Assembly (NCBI GenBank): GCA_034440375.1
Contig: JAWXBZ010000041.1
Span: forward strand, 1-52,280
Source: Candidatus Eiseniibacteriota bacterium
GTDB taxonomy: Bacteria > Eisenbacteria > RBG-16-71-46 > JABDJR01 > JAWXBZ01
Direction of reading: 5' to 3'
DNA length: 52,280 bases
The notes under the pieces were generated by a model. The model was not told where the DNA came from. It was given only the letters and a program-made list of their open reading frames with translations, and ran no database searches. The translations under genes and the position numbers were made by a program. Shown here piece after piece: positions 9,242-18,680 of the stretch. Numbering within the stretch: the first letter of the stretch is position 1; every line of letters begins with the position of its first letter.

Positions 9242-10583
9242 GCACCCGCGCGATCGGCACCCGGGCCGCTTCGGAGAGATTCGACTCATTCAGGATTGCC
9301 CCGGCCGCACCCTCTGCGGCGCCGGCATAGGACACGAAGGCCGCGGCCACGTCAGCCGCGGATCTTGCGGCGGCCAGCCTCCGGACGAGCACGGACCGGG
9401 CGCCGCCGGGAGCGACGATCGCCTCGTGCGCGGCCTGGATGGCCGCTGCGGAGGTCGGGAAACCCGCCGTCAGCGCCGTTCGGACGCTGGTGCCGTAGGC
9501 CGTGAACTGGTTCCGGATGTGCTGTTCACTGATGCCCCCGTACAGCGAAAAGCGAAGGGTGAGACCGGACGTCTCGATGGCCATGAGCGTGGCATTCGGC
9601 GCCCCCGTATTCGAAAGAGTGCCGTTGACGGCACCGCCGGTCGTCCGCGCCCGCTGCAGGGCCGCGGCCTCGTTGAGTGCCCTTCGGAGATCGAATCGAA
9701 CACCCTGCGCGCGCCGAACCAATTCCCATGCGGATGCCTCGCGAGCCACGGCCAGCTGAAAAAGCGACACTCCCGCCGTGACGTAGGCGGTTCGCTCGGC
9801 AACGAAGAAGGCCTCCCAGGCCGCCGTGGTGGCCGGGTTGTTCTCACTGGCCGGGTCGAGCCGCTCCTCGAGGGCTATGGCCGCATCGCGGCGTCCGACC
9901 TCGACGACAGCCAGTGTGGCAGCCCCGACGCCGAAGCCGGGAGCGATCAGGACCGATTGATGAGCCACCGACTCGCCGATCAGCGGCGGGACGGCCGAAT
10001 CGAGAATGGACGGGTCGGCACTCAGGAGGCTGGCCACCGTCGAGTTCACGAAGAGGCCGGTGCTGATCCGCGACGTCACGGCGGCAGCGGAGCCGGCCAG
10101 GACGCCAGCCCAGATGCCGGCCTCGACCGTCGTCTCGTCATTGAGTGGCCCCACAGTGATCGTGGAATCCGAGGCGACCGATCGCGTGACGATGGTTCGA
10201 TAGAGCAGGTCTCCCTTCCGGGCCTGCGCCACCAGATCCTCTTCGTCCGCCGTCCGTGCCGAGACCAGGAAGGTTCCGTTGATGTCGGTCCGGGCCGTGT
10301 CCCTCGTCACGTCCTCGAAGACGCCGTTGTCGGTGAGTCGCTGCATCGTGACCACCGCGTTGACCAGGTGAGCCGGATCGAGCGACACCGCTCCTGGTGG
10401 GCCACCGGGTGAGCCGATGAAACCGGCACCCTGTTCCACCTGGCCGCGCAACGACGATGTTTTCTCGCCCATCATGGGATCAATGGGTTCATCGTCACCG
10501 CAGGCCGCAAATTGGATTGCCAGCGCACACGCCAAAAGTCCGGGCAAATCGGAGATTCGAATAGATCGGGATAGTAGGCGCAT
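9216..10583 (-). CDS. Hypothetical lipoprotein (beta-rich N-domain plus Ala-rich helical domain)
   Basis: Long ORF with lipobox FAAC followed by GDDE. Start set at ATG 10583, downstream of the murJ stop. Confidence 0.7.
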   Translation of the reverse strand: MRLLSRSIRISDLPGLLACALAIQFAACGDDEPIDPMMGEKTSSLRGQVEQGAGFIGSPGGPPGAVSLDPAHLVNAVVTMQRLTDNGVFEDVTRDTARTDINGTFLVSARTADEEDLVAQARKGDLLYRTIVTRSVASDSTITVGPLNDETTVEAGIWAGVLAGSAAAVTSRISTGLFVNSTVASLLSADPSILDSAVPPLIGESVAHQSVLIAPGFGVGAATLAVVEVGRRDAAIALEERLDPASENNPATTAAWEAFFVAERTAYVTAGVSLFQLAVAREASAWELVRRAQGVRFDLRRALNEAAALQRARTTGGAVNGTLSNTGAPNATLMAIETSGLTLRFSLYGGISEQHIRNQFTAYGTSVRTALTAGFPTSAAAIQAAHEAIVAPGGARSVLVRRLAAARSAADVAAAFVSYAGAAEGAAGAILNESNLSEAARVPIARVLTMLAMAV

Positions 10584-10618
10584 GATGCCTGCAACTCTAG
10601 CCGACCCGGAATTCGCCA

Positions 10619-12223
10619 TCAACGGCGGAATCGCGCGGCCACGGCCCGGAGCGGCGCCAGAGCCTCGTCGAGCCCGGCCAGGCGGGCGCTCGCGACAAAG
10701 ACGCCGACGGCCACTCCCCCGACGAGAAATGTGCGGCCCAGTGCGGGGAACAGGCTCATGTCGGGCAGCCATTGACCGACCTGACCACGGGCCAGCGCCG
10801 CGACGAGAAGCGTCACCCCGAGGACCAGGCTCGAGCGGCCGAGAAAACCGGCCGGCAGGAGCCGACCGGAAGCGGGATGGCGACGATCGAGACGTCGCTG
10901 AAGGAAAAAGGCGGTAACAACGCCATACAGCACGAGCGACAGCGTCGAGGCCCAGGCGAGCCCGAGGTGTCCCCCGCCCAGATGGGTCGTCGGGTCATCA
11001 AAGCGGCGGGCCAGAAAACCATACAGAGGAATGGCCGCCAGCGTGATGATGGTTCCGATGAGCGTCGGCGTCCGAGTGTCGGCCAGGGCGTAATAGCCGC
11101 GGGCCAGGAGCGACTGCGCCACCAGCGCCGGCACCGCGAGGGCCATGACGGCCAGCACGCGACCGGTCGTCAGGACATCCGATGTTGAAAAGGCGCCACG
11201 ACCGAAGATGATCTGCACGATCTCGCGGTTCAGCACGATGAGCAGGACGGCGCCGAGCCCCGCGAGCACGACGGAACGTCGCAACCCGCGCGACAGCGTC
11301 TCGCCCATCGCGCCGAAGTCCCCCTCTGTCACCTGGCGGGAAAGAACCGGAAACGATGCCACGGCCGTGGCCTGCCCCAGGATGGCCGGCAGGACCAGGA
11401 CCAGTTTTCGGGCGTAGTTCAGCCAGCTGATCGAGGCCGGGGCGAGGCTTGATCCGAAATAGCGTTGCATCCACTCGTCGGTGAGAAGAATCGACTGACC
11501 GATGATGAGCGGCAGGGTGAGGCCGATCCACTGCCGCACGGCCGGTGAGTTCAGGTCGATATGTGGCCGCAAGCGTATGCCCGCACGCGCCGCCCCCACC
11601 ACCTGGAGAACGCCGTGTCCCACGAACGCCCCGGCCAGGGCTCCCCAGCAGAACCCCTCCATACCCAGCGACGGGCCCAGCAGCAGCCCCCCGGCAATGA
11701 TTCCAGCGTTGTAGACGAGCGCGGCGGCAGCGTAATAGCCATGGCGGCCGCGTGCCATCTGAACCGCCCCGAGGAGACCGCCGGCGAAGAAGAAGAGCTG
11801 GGCCGGAAGGAGAATGCGCGTGTACCGGACGAGCAGTCGCTGCTGTTCGGGGTCGAAGCCGGCGGCCAGCCAACGGCAGAGCAGCGGTGCCAGAATCCAG
11901 CCCAGGACAAGCAGGATCGACAGCGTGGCCAGGGTGACGTGGAAGACCGTCGAGAAGACCGACCACCCCTCCGCCTCCTGCTTGCGCACGAGGAAGCCGA
12001 GAAAAATCGGAATGAAGGTGATCGAAAGTGCGCCCCCCGCGAGAAGATAGTTCAGGAAATCGGGGATTGTGAACGCGGCAAAATAGACATCGGTCATCCC
12101 GTCGGCGCCAACCATCCGGGCAATGACCATCTCACGAAAGAGGCCGGCCACACGGGATGCCAGGACCGCCAGCATCCAGATCAACGTGGCGGCCGTCAGT
12201 TGCCGCTGGGCACCTTCCGTCAT
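10619..12223 (-). CDS. murJ: Lipid II flippase MurJ (MviN)
   Basis: SRVAGLFRE, DVYFAAFTIPD, GGALSITFIP, FGRGAF, RGYYALADTRTP; many TM helices. Confidence 0.9.
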   Translation of the reverse strand: MTEGAQRQLTAATLIWMLAVLASRVAGLFREMVIARMVGADGMTDVYFAAFTIPDFLNYLLAGGALSITFIPIFLGFLVRKQEAEGWSVFSTVFHVTLATLSILLVLGWILAPLLCRWLAAGFDPEQQRLLVRYTRILLPAQLFFFAGGLLGAVQMARGRHGYYAAAALVYNAGIIAGGLLLGPSLGMEGFCWGALAGAFVGHGVLQVVGAARAGIRLRPHIDLNSPAVRQWIGLTLPLIIGQSILLTDEWMQRYFGSSLAPASISWLNYARKLVLVLPAILGQATAVASFPVLSRQVTEGDFGAMGETLSRGLRRSVVLAGLGAVLLIVLNREIVQIIFGRGAFSTSDVLTTGRVLAVMALAVPALVAQSLLARGYYALADTRTPTLIGTIITLAAIPLYGFLARRFDDPTTHLGGGHLGLAWASTLSLVLYGVVTAFFLQRRLDRRHPASGRLLPAGFLGRSSLVLGVTLLVAALARGQVGQWLPDMSLFPALGRTFLVGGVAVGVFVASARLAGLDEALAPLRAVAARFRR

Positions 12224-12318
12224 GTGCCGGGCATCTTACGGAGGCGAGGCGGCACTCGCAACTGCGCAACCGACGACGGCATCTGGACTTGTCACGGAAT
12301 CCGGGCTAGGGTCTTCCA

Positions 12319-13440
12319 ATGACGGTGACATCAGATTCAGGTAAGGGCTCCACACGCCAGCTTCTGGAGCTGTCTGCCGGCTATTTCGTGTCGTACGTGG
12401 CCACCGGAATGCTTGTCAAGTATTTCACGGCCATCCGCCAGCCCCCAATGTCCGAACTGGCCTACCTGGTGAACAATACCGCCGGGTCGAGCATCCTGGC
12501 CGTTACGACTGTCCTTGTTCTTGGATGGTACCGGCTTCAGTCGAACGGACCTGTCACCATGGCCGGGCTCCGGATGCCCGGCGAGTATCGCTACATCATT
12601 CCATCGGGTGTCTGCACCGCGGTCATCATCCCGACGACCACGCTCATGTATCTCCTGCCCATTTCCGTCATGGTGGCGATGGTGCTGATGCGCGGATCCG
12701 TCATCATCATTTCCCGGGCCGTCGACGCCATCCAGATCCGGCAGGGAATCCTGAAGAAAACGGTCTTCGCCGAGGAGAACTGGGCGGTGCTCTTCGCAAT
12801 TCTCGCCGTGACCACCAATGTTTTCTTCATCCCGATCGTGAACGCACTCGAGGCGAGGGGCATTCCGGCGGCCGCGTCCCTCGGCGTGTCCAATCGCGAT
12901 CGGCTGGGGGCCTTCGACTTCCTGTCGAGCGGGCCCGCCCTTCTGATCATGGGATCGTATATCGTCGCCTATGCCATTCGCATCTATATCATGAATTACT
13001 ACAAGAACACCCGGGCGGCCGGTGTGAAACAGGACAACAAGGGGTTCTTCGCCGTCGAGCAGATCGCCGCGTCCCTGACCCTGCTGCTGGCCGGCATACT
13101 CCTTTTCTTCTCGCAAGGCCTGTTCGGCGCCGGCGGGGCGATCGCCCTGGAGTTCCGTTCGGCCGTCACGCACCCGAGGTGGGACGCCGTGTTATCCGGT
13201 ATCCCCTGGGGGATCGTGGCGTTCTTCTCGGTGTTTCTCTTCATGTTTGAAGGCCGGACCGCCACCTTTGCCGGGCTCGTGAACCGACTGGTCAGCCTGG
13301 TGGCCGGCACGACCGCAACGCTGGCGCTGGCCCTGTTCTTCGGCCAGCGTCCGCCCAAGGTCCAGGACTGGGTGGCCTTCGCCTTCATTCTGGTGGCGGT
13401 GGGCTTTCTATCCCGGGCCGAGAAGAAACGCGGCGCCTAG
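12319..13440 (+). CDS. Multi-pass membrane protein, possibly DMT/nucleotide-sugar transporter-like
   Basis: About 10 hydrophobic segments; MVLMRGSVIII resembles DMT/SLC35-type helices. Family call is tentative. Confidence 0.6.
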   Translation: MTVTSDSGKGSTRQLLELSAGYFVSYVATGMLVKYFTAIRQPPMSELAYLVNNTAGSSILAVTTVLVLGWYRLQSNGPVTMAGLRMPGEYRYIIPSGVCTAVIIPTTTLMYLLPISVMVAMVLMRGSVIIISRAVDAIQIRQGILKKTVFAEENWAVLFAILAVTTNVFFIPIVNALEARGIPAAASLGVSNRDRLGAFDFLSSGPALLIMGSYIVAYAIRIYIMNYYKNTRAAGVKQDNKGFFAVEQIAASLTLLLAGILLFFSQGLFGAGGAIALEFRSAVTHPRWDAVLSGIPWGIVAFFSVFLFMFEGRTATFAGLVNRLVSLVAGTTATLALALFFGQRPPKVQDWVAFAFILVAVGFLSRAEKKRGA

Positions 13441-14729
13441 CCGCGCCTGGTGCCGACATCCTGATGGAGGTGCCGATACAGCGCCTCATCGATCGGCTCG
13501 AACGCCCGGTTTCGCCGGGCGCTGACCAGTACGGCCACGGCCAGGGCCTTCTCGAGATCGTACGGCTCGAGCAAGGTCGCCCCTCCCCAGCTGAATGAGG
13601 GCACATGCTTCGGCGGGTAGCCCGCGCCGAAAATATTGGTCATGACGCCGACCACCGTGCCGGAATTGAACATGGTTCCGATGCCGCACTTCGAATGATC
13701 ACCCATGATCAGCCCGGCGAAGGTGTGACCGGTATCGATTTCGCCCTCCGGCGCGAAGGCGCGCACCTTTCCATAGTTGTTCTTGAGATCACTGGTATCG
13801 GTGCCGGCACCCAAGTTGGTCCACTCGGCCAGGTAGGAGTGGCCGAGGAATCCATCGTGCTGCTTGTTGGCGTAGCCGTGAATGATCGAGCCCTCGATCT
13901 CCCCACCAACCTTGCACATCGGGCCAATCGATGTGCCGCCGTATACCTTCGCGCCGATCTTGATCAGGCTGTTGGGCCCGATGTAGGCCGGCCCGAGAAT
14001 CACCGCCTGGTGCAGGATGCGCACCCCCTCGCCGAGAATGATCGGGCCGGTCGAGGCGTCGAGGATGGCGCCGGGCATGATTCGGCTTCCCGGCCGGGAC
14101 AGGATGCGCGCCTTCTTGATCAGGTGCGCCCCGGGTGACGCCGTTGGCAGGGCTGGCTCCTTCCCGCGTCGTGTGATGGCAAAATCGTCGATCAGCGTGG
14201 CCACGTTGGCGTGAACCAGGTCCCAGGGTCGGGTCATGAACCGTACCGGTTCGGACGCTTCCTTAGGCCGGAAGCCGCGGGGCCAGGAAGGTGGACCCTC
14301 TGCCTCCCCGGGGGACCCCTTGCCCCAGGTGGCGGCAAGGGCCGCCACCAGCTTGGAACCATCCTCACCACGAACCCGGGCCGCCACCAGCCGCCCGCCG
14401 CTCTGAAGCGCCGGGTGGTCATTGATCTGCCGCAGGAATCGTTCCAGCTCACCCTTGAAAAAGAGTGCCGAGCCGTTGAGAAAGAAGAGATCGTCCGTGG
14501 TGGGCAGGTCGTTGACAACGGCGCCGGGAAACGCCCGCTCGACCTGTGGAACCAGCCATGGTCGGCAGACGAAGGCGGCCCGCGTGATCTTGCGTGCGGC
14601 CATCTGGGCAATGAGCCGTCGGCCCAGCGTCGTGACGCCGACCCGGAGGTCATAGACCGGGCGGGACAGCGACAGCGGGTAGAGTTTTCCCCACTCGTGA
14701 TCTTCGAACAGGACGAGAGTCGTGGCCAG
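13437..14729 (-). CDS. GlmU-like putative sugar nucleotidyltransferase with left-handed beta-helix
   Basis: KVGGEI, ANKQHDGFLGHSY, NLGAGTDTSDLKNNY, PPKHVPSFSWG. Frame extends upstream of the ORF-track start through LVLFEDHEWGKLYPLSLSRPVYDLRVG, where only CTG codons are available (14729 or 14735). Confidence 0.8.
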   Translation of the reverse strand: MATTLVLFEDHEWGKLYPLSLSRPVYDLRVGVTTLGRRLIAQMAARKITRAAFVCRPWLVPQVERAFPGAVVNDLPTTDDLFFLNGSALFFKGELERFLRQINDHPALQSGGRLVAARVRGEDGSKLVAALAATWGKGSPGEAEGPPSWPRGFRPKEASEPVRFMTRPWDLVHANVATLIDDFAITRRGKEPALPTASPGAHLIKKARILSRPGSRIMPGAILDASTGPIILGEGVRILHQAVILGPAYIGPNSLIKIGAKVYGGTSIGPMCKVGGEIEGSIIHGYANKQHDGFLGHSYLAEWTNLGAGTDTSDLKNNYGKVRAFAPEGEIDTGHTFAGLIMGDHSKCGIGTMFNSGTVVGVMTNIFGAGYPPKHVPSFSWGGATLLEPYDLEKALAVAVLVSARRNRAFEPIDEALYRHLHQDVGTRRG

Positions 14730-14731
14730 CG

Positions 14732-16450
14732 TCAGTTCCGCGTGGCCGGGGAATGTTCGTGGACGATGCGCCCGCCGGCCACGGTCATCGTAACCCGGAG
14801 CGCTGGAAGCTCCCGTTCCGGTAGCGTCATCAGGTCGCCGGAGAGTACGACGAGGTCGGCCCGCTTGCCTACGGTCAGGCTCCCGGTCTCACTGGAGTGT
14901 CCCAGAATCCTGGCTCCCGTCAGCGTCATGGCGGCAAGGGCCGCCGTCCGACTCAGGCGCTCGGACTCATTCCAGCCGCCGCTCGGCCGGCCACGCAGAT
15001 CCTGCCGGGTCACGGCTCCGTAGAAGGCCAGAAGAGGATTGCCTGCGGCGAACGGGGCATCCGTCCCGATGGCCAGTGGAAAACCCGCCGCCACCAGGCT
15101 GCCGAGTGCCCACGCCGACTCGGCCGACTCGAGCCCGATCCGCCTTTCCATCCAGTGCCAGCCGTCGATCAGGTGTGTCGGCGTCATGATTCCAGCCGCA
15201 CCCGAGCCGGCGAGAAGCGCCAGCTGGTCGGGGCGAACCAGCTCGAGCCCCGTCAGAATCGGGGGCTGCCCGATACCCGCCTCCCCCCGCGACCCAAGCG
15301 CCAGGAGCGCGAGGCTCACGGCGCTGTCCCCATGGGCCTCCAGAATCAGCCGCCAGCCGGCATCGTTGAGGCGCGCCACGAGAGCGATCAGCTCTTCCGC
15401 CTGGTAGCGGGTGTACCCCCGGTTACCCTGCTGGTCGGCGTAGACGTGGGTGATCGAGGCGCCGCGGGTGTTGACATCGCCGTCAAGCCGCAACGTGATG
15501 CCGTTCATCGTCAGGCCCGGCGTTTTTCTTCCGTCTGCAGGCGGTTGTTCGATCACCGAATCGAATTCCAGCGGCTGCGGCGCGAGGCTCACCGACAGTT
15601 GCAGGGCCGGGCGGCTCTTGTCATTCCGATAAAGCGACTCGAGTGCCGGGCGGGCGACGATGGGCACATTGAGGTCGTGGGCCAGCGTGACGCCGCGCGC
15701 CAGGCACGACTCGGCGGCCGCGGCGTACCAGGATTCGAATTGTGCCGGGGTCGGCACCGGCATCGCGCGCATGAGAAGGCTGGCCGCCTCGCCCTGAAGA
15801 TCCCCCTGGCGGATGCCGCGGTTGTCGCGAGTCACGCGGCCACCCGGCGGGTCGGGAAGGTCTTCCGAAATGTCGGCCGCGGCCATCGCCGGGATATTGG
15901 CCAGAAGGACATCATCGGTCGAGTGGAACAGCACCACGGGACGGTTACCGCTGGACGACTGGAATTCGAGAAGACGAATCGATCCGGAATCGCGCCACGA
16001 CTCCTGGTCCCACCCCCAACCCAGTATCCAACTGTTGGGGGGTGCGCTCCGGGCGGCCCGGGCGACCTTTCGGAGGACATCCTCGAAGCTTCTCGTGTCG
16101 TAAAGGTCCAACCCTTCGGACATCCGACCCATGTCCAGCAGTCGGGCGTCGGCATCGACGAACCCCGGGATCAGCGCCCTTCCCGACAGATCGATGACCC
16201 GGGTCGACTTGCCGATCCAGTGTTCAACATCCCCTTCCGGTCCGACATAGACGATTCGGCCGTTCTTAACCGCCAGGGCGCCTGCCAGGGGAATCGACTC
16301 GTCGGCCGTGTGAATCGGACCACCCCGGAAAACAAGGTCGGCGGTCCGGGAGGCACGGGCCATGCCCCGGCCCGTACAGAGGATCAGAGCCCCCGCGGCC
16401 AGCATGGCCACGATGGTCCGGCCGGCTTTGCCGATGATCGTTGGTTGCAG
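14732..16450 (-). CDS. Amidohydrolase-3 (YtcJ-like) family protein, metal ligands degenerate
   Basis: ALAVKNGRIVYVG, IDLSGRALIPGFVD, GWGWDQ, GTDAP, GSLTVGKRADLVVL. Start is either CTG 16450 (strong RBS) or GTG 16411. Confidence 0.8.
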   Translation of the reverse strand: MQPTIIGKAGRTIVAMLAAGALILCTGRGMARASRTADLVFRGGPIHTADESIPLAGALAVKNGRIVYVGPEGDVEHWIGKSTRVIDLSGRALIPGFVDADARLLDMGRMSEGLDLYDTRSFEDVLRKVARAARSAPPNSWILGWGWDQESWRDSGSIRLLEFQSSSGNRPVVLFHSTDDVLLANIPAMAAADISEDLPDPPGGRVTRDNRGIRQGDLQGEAASLLMRAMPVPTPAQFESWYAAAAESCLARGVTLAHDLNVPIVARPALESLYRNDKSRPALQLSVSLAPQPLEFDSVIEQPPADGRKTPGLTMNGITLRLDGDVNTRGASITHVYADQQGNRGYTRYQAEELIALVARLNDAGWRLILEAHGDSAVSLALLALGSRGEAGIGQPPILTGLELVRPDQLALLAGSGAAGIMTPTHLIDGWHWMERRIGLESAESAWALGSLVAAGFPLAIGTDAPFAAGNPLLAFYGAVTRQDLRGRPSGGWNESERLSRTAALAAMTLTGARILGHSSETGSLTVGKRADLVVLSGDLMTLPERELPALRVTMTVAGGRIVHEHSPATRN

Positions 16451-16536
16451 CGGAAACCTCCTCCTTAGTCAGTCAGGGCGGCGGCCATATTAGCAGGCGG
16501 CCATGCCAGGGGGTGAGCCGGACAGGGGGTTTTTCC

Positions 16537-16563
16537 TCAACCCACCGGAAGTCGGGACGATAA
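16537..16563 (+). promoter_or_regulatory. Sigma28 (FliA/SigD)-like promoter
   Basis: TCAA-N15-GACGATAA versus consensus TAAA-N15-GCCGATAA, 58 bp before the HD-GYP start. Confidence 0.5.
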
Positions 16564-16621
16564 TGTTAACGAGCCTCCGGCGGCCCCAATGCGGCGCGTC
16601 GGCTACGAACGGAGAAAGACC

Positions 16622-17770
16622 ATGTCAAGTTCCCGCTCGGACTCCATTGTCGATCTGAAGCCCTTTCTGGCGAAGTTCCGCCGGTCGCAGGCCCCCCAGA
16701 TCCAGTCCGACGCCACCCTTGATTTTGAAGACCTTGTCGGAGACGCACCGTCGCGCCCGGAACATTCCGGCACCCGTGCCGCGGGCCTGACCGTAACCTG
16801 GCGACTGTTCCTGGGGTTTCTCGGCATGTCGCTGGCCATCGGCGCCATCACCACGCCACTGATCCTGGTCATCGATCCGCTCCTGTCGCGGGAGCATCTG
16901 CTTCTGGTGGGGCTGCTGATCTACACCTCGTCGATCCTGACCGCCACCAGTGCCTACTGGCTCGTGCGCGGCCTGGTCGGGCGGTGGCTGCAGGCTCTGA
17001 AATACGATCAGACTCTCATCTGGCACCGGGCCGCGGCCGGGATTGGCGCGTCATCCCGCGGCAGCGGAGTTCAGGCCACCGAACTCGATCAGCTCGTCGA
17101 CACCGTGTCGGGCCTCGTGGACGAACTCAAGTACCAGCTCGATTCGAAGCAGAGGACCGAACGAAACGACCTGATACGAACCATCACCGCGCTGGCCACG
17201 GCGCTCGAGGCGCGCGATCCCCACACGCAGAACCACTCGAAGACTGTGGCCCGGCTGTCGGTGCGCCTCGGTCGGCATGTCGGCCTCCGTCGCGAAGAAC
17301 TGTACGAGATTCATCTGGCCGGCCTGCTCCACGACATCGGCAAGATTGCGGTCCCCGACGAAATCCTGATGAAACCCGGCCGGTTGACCGAGGAGGAGAT
17401 GCGCCAGGTGCAGGCCCACGTCGAATGGTCATGGAATATCCTGGCGCCGATCACGATGCTCGGGTCGGTCGCCCTCATGGTTCGCCATCACCACGAGCGC
17501 TATGACGGCAAGGGATACCCGGATCGCCTGAGCGGGGAAGCCATTCCCCTGGGGGCGCGCATCATGGCCGTGGCCGACATGTTCGTGGCCATGACCGAGG
17601 ATCGGCCGTACCGGAAGGGGCTGCCGATCGAGTTGGCCGTGGCCGAATTGCATCGGGTGGCCGGGAGCCAGGTTGACCCCGCGCTGGTGACGGCATTCCT
17701 GGCCTGCCTCGAGGAGGACGATATCCATCAGCCAGCTGAATCGATCTCGAAGAGGGCCGCGGCGAACTGA
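16622..17770 (+). CDS. Membrane-anchored HD-GYP cyclic-dinucleotide phosphodiesterase
   Basis: Two TM helices, then EARDPHTQNHS, LLHDIGK, HHERYDGKGYP, ARIMAVAD, DRPYRKG; GGAG RBS before ATG 16622. Confidence 0.88.
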   Translation: MSSSRSDSIVDLKPFLAKFRRSQAPQIQSDATLDFEDLVGDAPSRPEHSGTRAAGLTVTWRLFLGFLGMSLAIGAITTPLILVIDPLLSREHLLLVGLLIYTSSILTATSAYWLVRGLVGRWLQALKYDQTLIWHRAAAGIGASSRGSGVQATELDQLVDTVSGLVDELKYQLDSKQRTERNDLIRTITALATALEARDPHTQNHSKTVARLSVRLGRHVGLRREELYEIHLAGLLHDIGKIAVPDEILMKPGRLTEEEMRQVQAHVEWSWNILAPITMLGSVALMVRHHHERYDGKGYPDRLSGEAIPLGARIMAVADMFVAMTEDRPYRKGLPIELAVAELHRVAGSQVDPALVTAFLACLEEDDIHQPAESISKRAAAN

Positions 17771-18663
17771 GTGGCGTCGAACTCGTCCAGATCGCCAATC
17801 TTCTCGCCCAACCCCACCCAACGAACCGGCAATCCCAGTTGATCGGCGATGGCAAGCACGACGCCGCCCCGGGCCGTTCCGTCGAGCTTGGTCAGGACGA
17901 GGCCGGTCACCCCGAGCGTCTTTCCGAACTCGCGGGCCTGGACGATCGCGTTCTGGCCGGTTGACGCATCCAGCACCAGGAGGACCTCGTGCGGCGCGCC
18001 GGGCATGAGGCCATGGAGGACGCGACCGATTTTTTCCAACTCCTGCATCAGATTCTTCTTCGTCTGGAGCCGCCCGGCCGTATCGATGATGAGGAGATCG
18101 GCCTCCCGGGCCATGGCCGCCACCAGGCCGTCGTAGGCCACCGCTGCCGGATCGGCACCAAGATTCGAACGAACGATGTCCACCCCGGCGCGCTCCGCCC
18201 AGATACCAAGCTGCTCGGATGCCGCCGCTCGAAAGGTATCGGATGCGGCGATGACCACTTTCTGCTTCCGTCCCGCGTGGCGGTAGGCCAGCTTGCCGAT
18301 CGTGGTCGTCTTGCCCACGCCGTTGACACCGACGACCACCACCACACGCGGCTTGATGGATGAGGCTCCGGCTCCCGCCGGAATTGTGCTGGCAATAAGG
18401 AGAGCCTTGATCTCCTCCCGCAGCAGGGCCTCGACGCCGGAGGAATCGCGCACCCCGGCACTCGCCACCCGCCGGCGCAATCGATCGAGAAGTTTTTCGG
18501 TGGTGGCCAGGCCGACGTCGGCCCCGATGAGGACCTCCTCCAGATCCTCGAACAAGGACTCGTCGATCGGACGGAAGCCGGCCAGAACCTGCCGAACTCC
18601 CTCGGTCAGGTTTTGCCTGGTTTTTTCCAATCCACTCTTGAGCTTCTTGAATAGATCAAACAT
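17728..18663 (-). CDS. ftsY: SRP receptor FtsY
   Basis: GVNGVGKTTTIGKLA, DTFRAAA, DTAGRLQ, TKLDGTARGG. Confidence 0.96.
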   Translation of the reverse strand: MFDLFKKLKSGLEKTRQNLTEGVRQVLAGFRPIDESLFEDLEEVLIGADVGLATTEKLLDRLRRRVASAGVRDSSGVEALLREEIKALLIASTIPAGAGASSIKPRVVVVVGVNGVGKTTTIGKLAYRHAGRKQKVVIAASDTFRAAASEQLGIWAERAGVDIVRSNLGADPAAVAYDGLVAAMAREADLLIIDTAGRLQTKKNLMQELEKIGRVLHGLMPGAPHEVLLVLDASTGQNAIVQAREFGKTLGVTGLVLTKLDGTARGGVVLAIADQLGLPVRWVGLGEKIGDLDEFDATQFAAALFEIDSAG

Positions 18664-18680
18664 CGTGGCGTGACGGCTGG

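Noticed and set aside
16481-16504. Short direct repeats GGCGGCCAT x2 (also GTCGATGAC x2 near 50952-50976)
   Set aside because: Two 9-mer copies in GC-rich DNA are plausible by chance.
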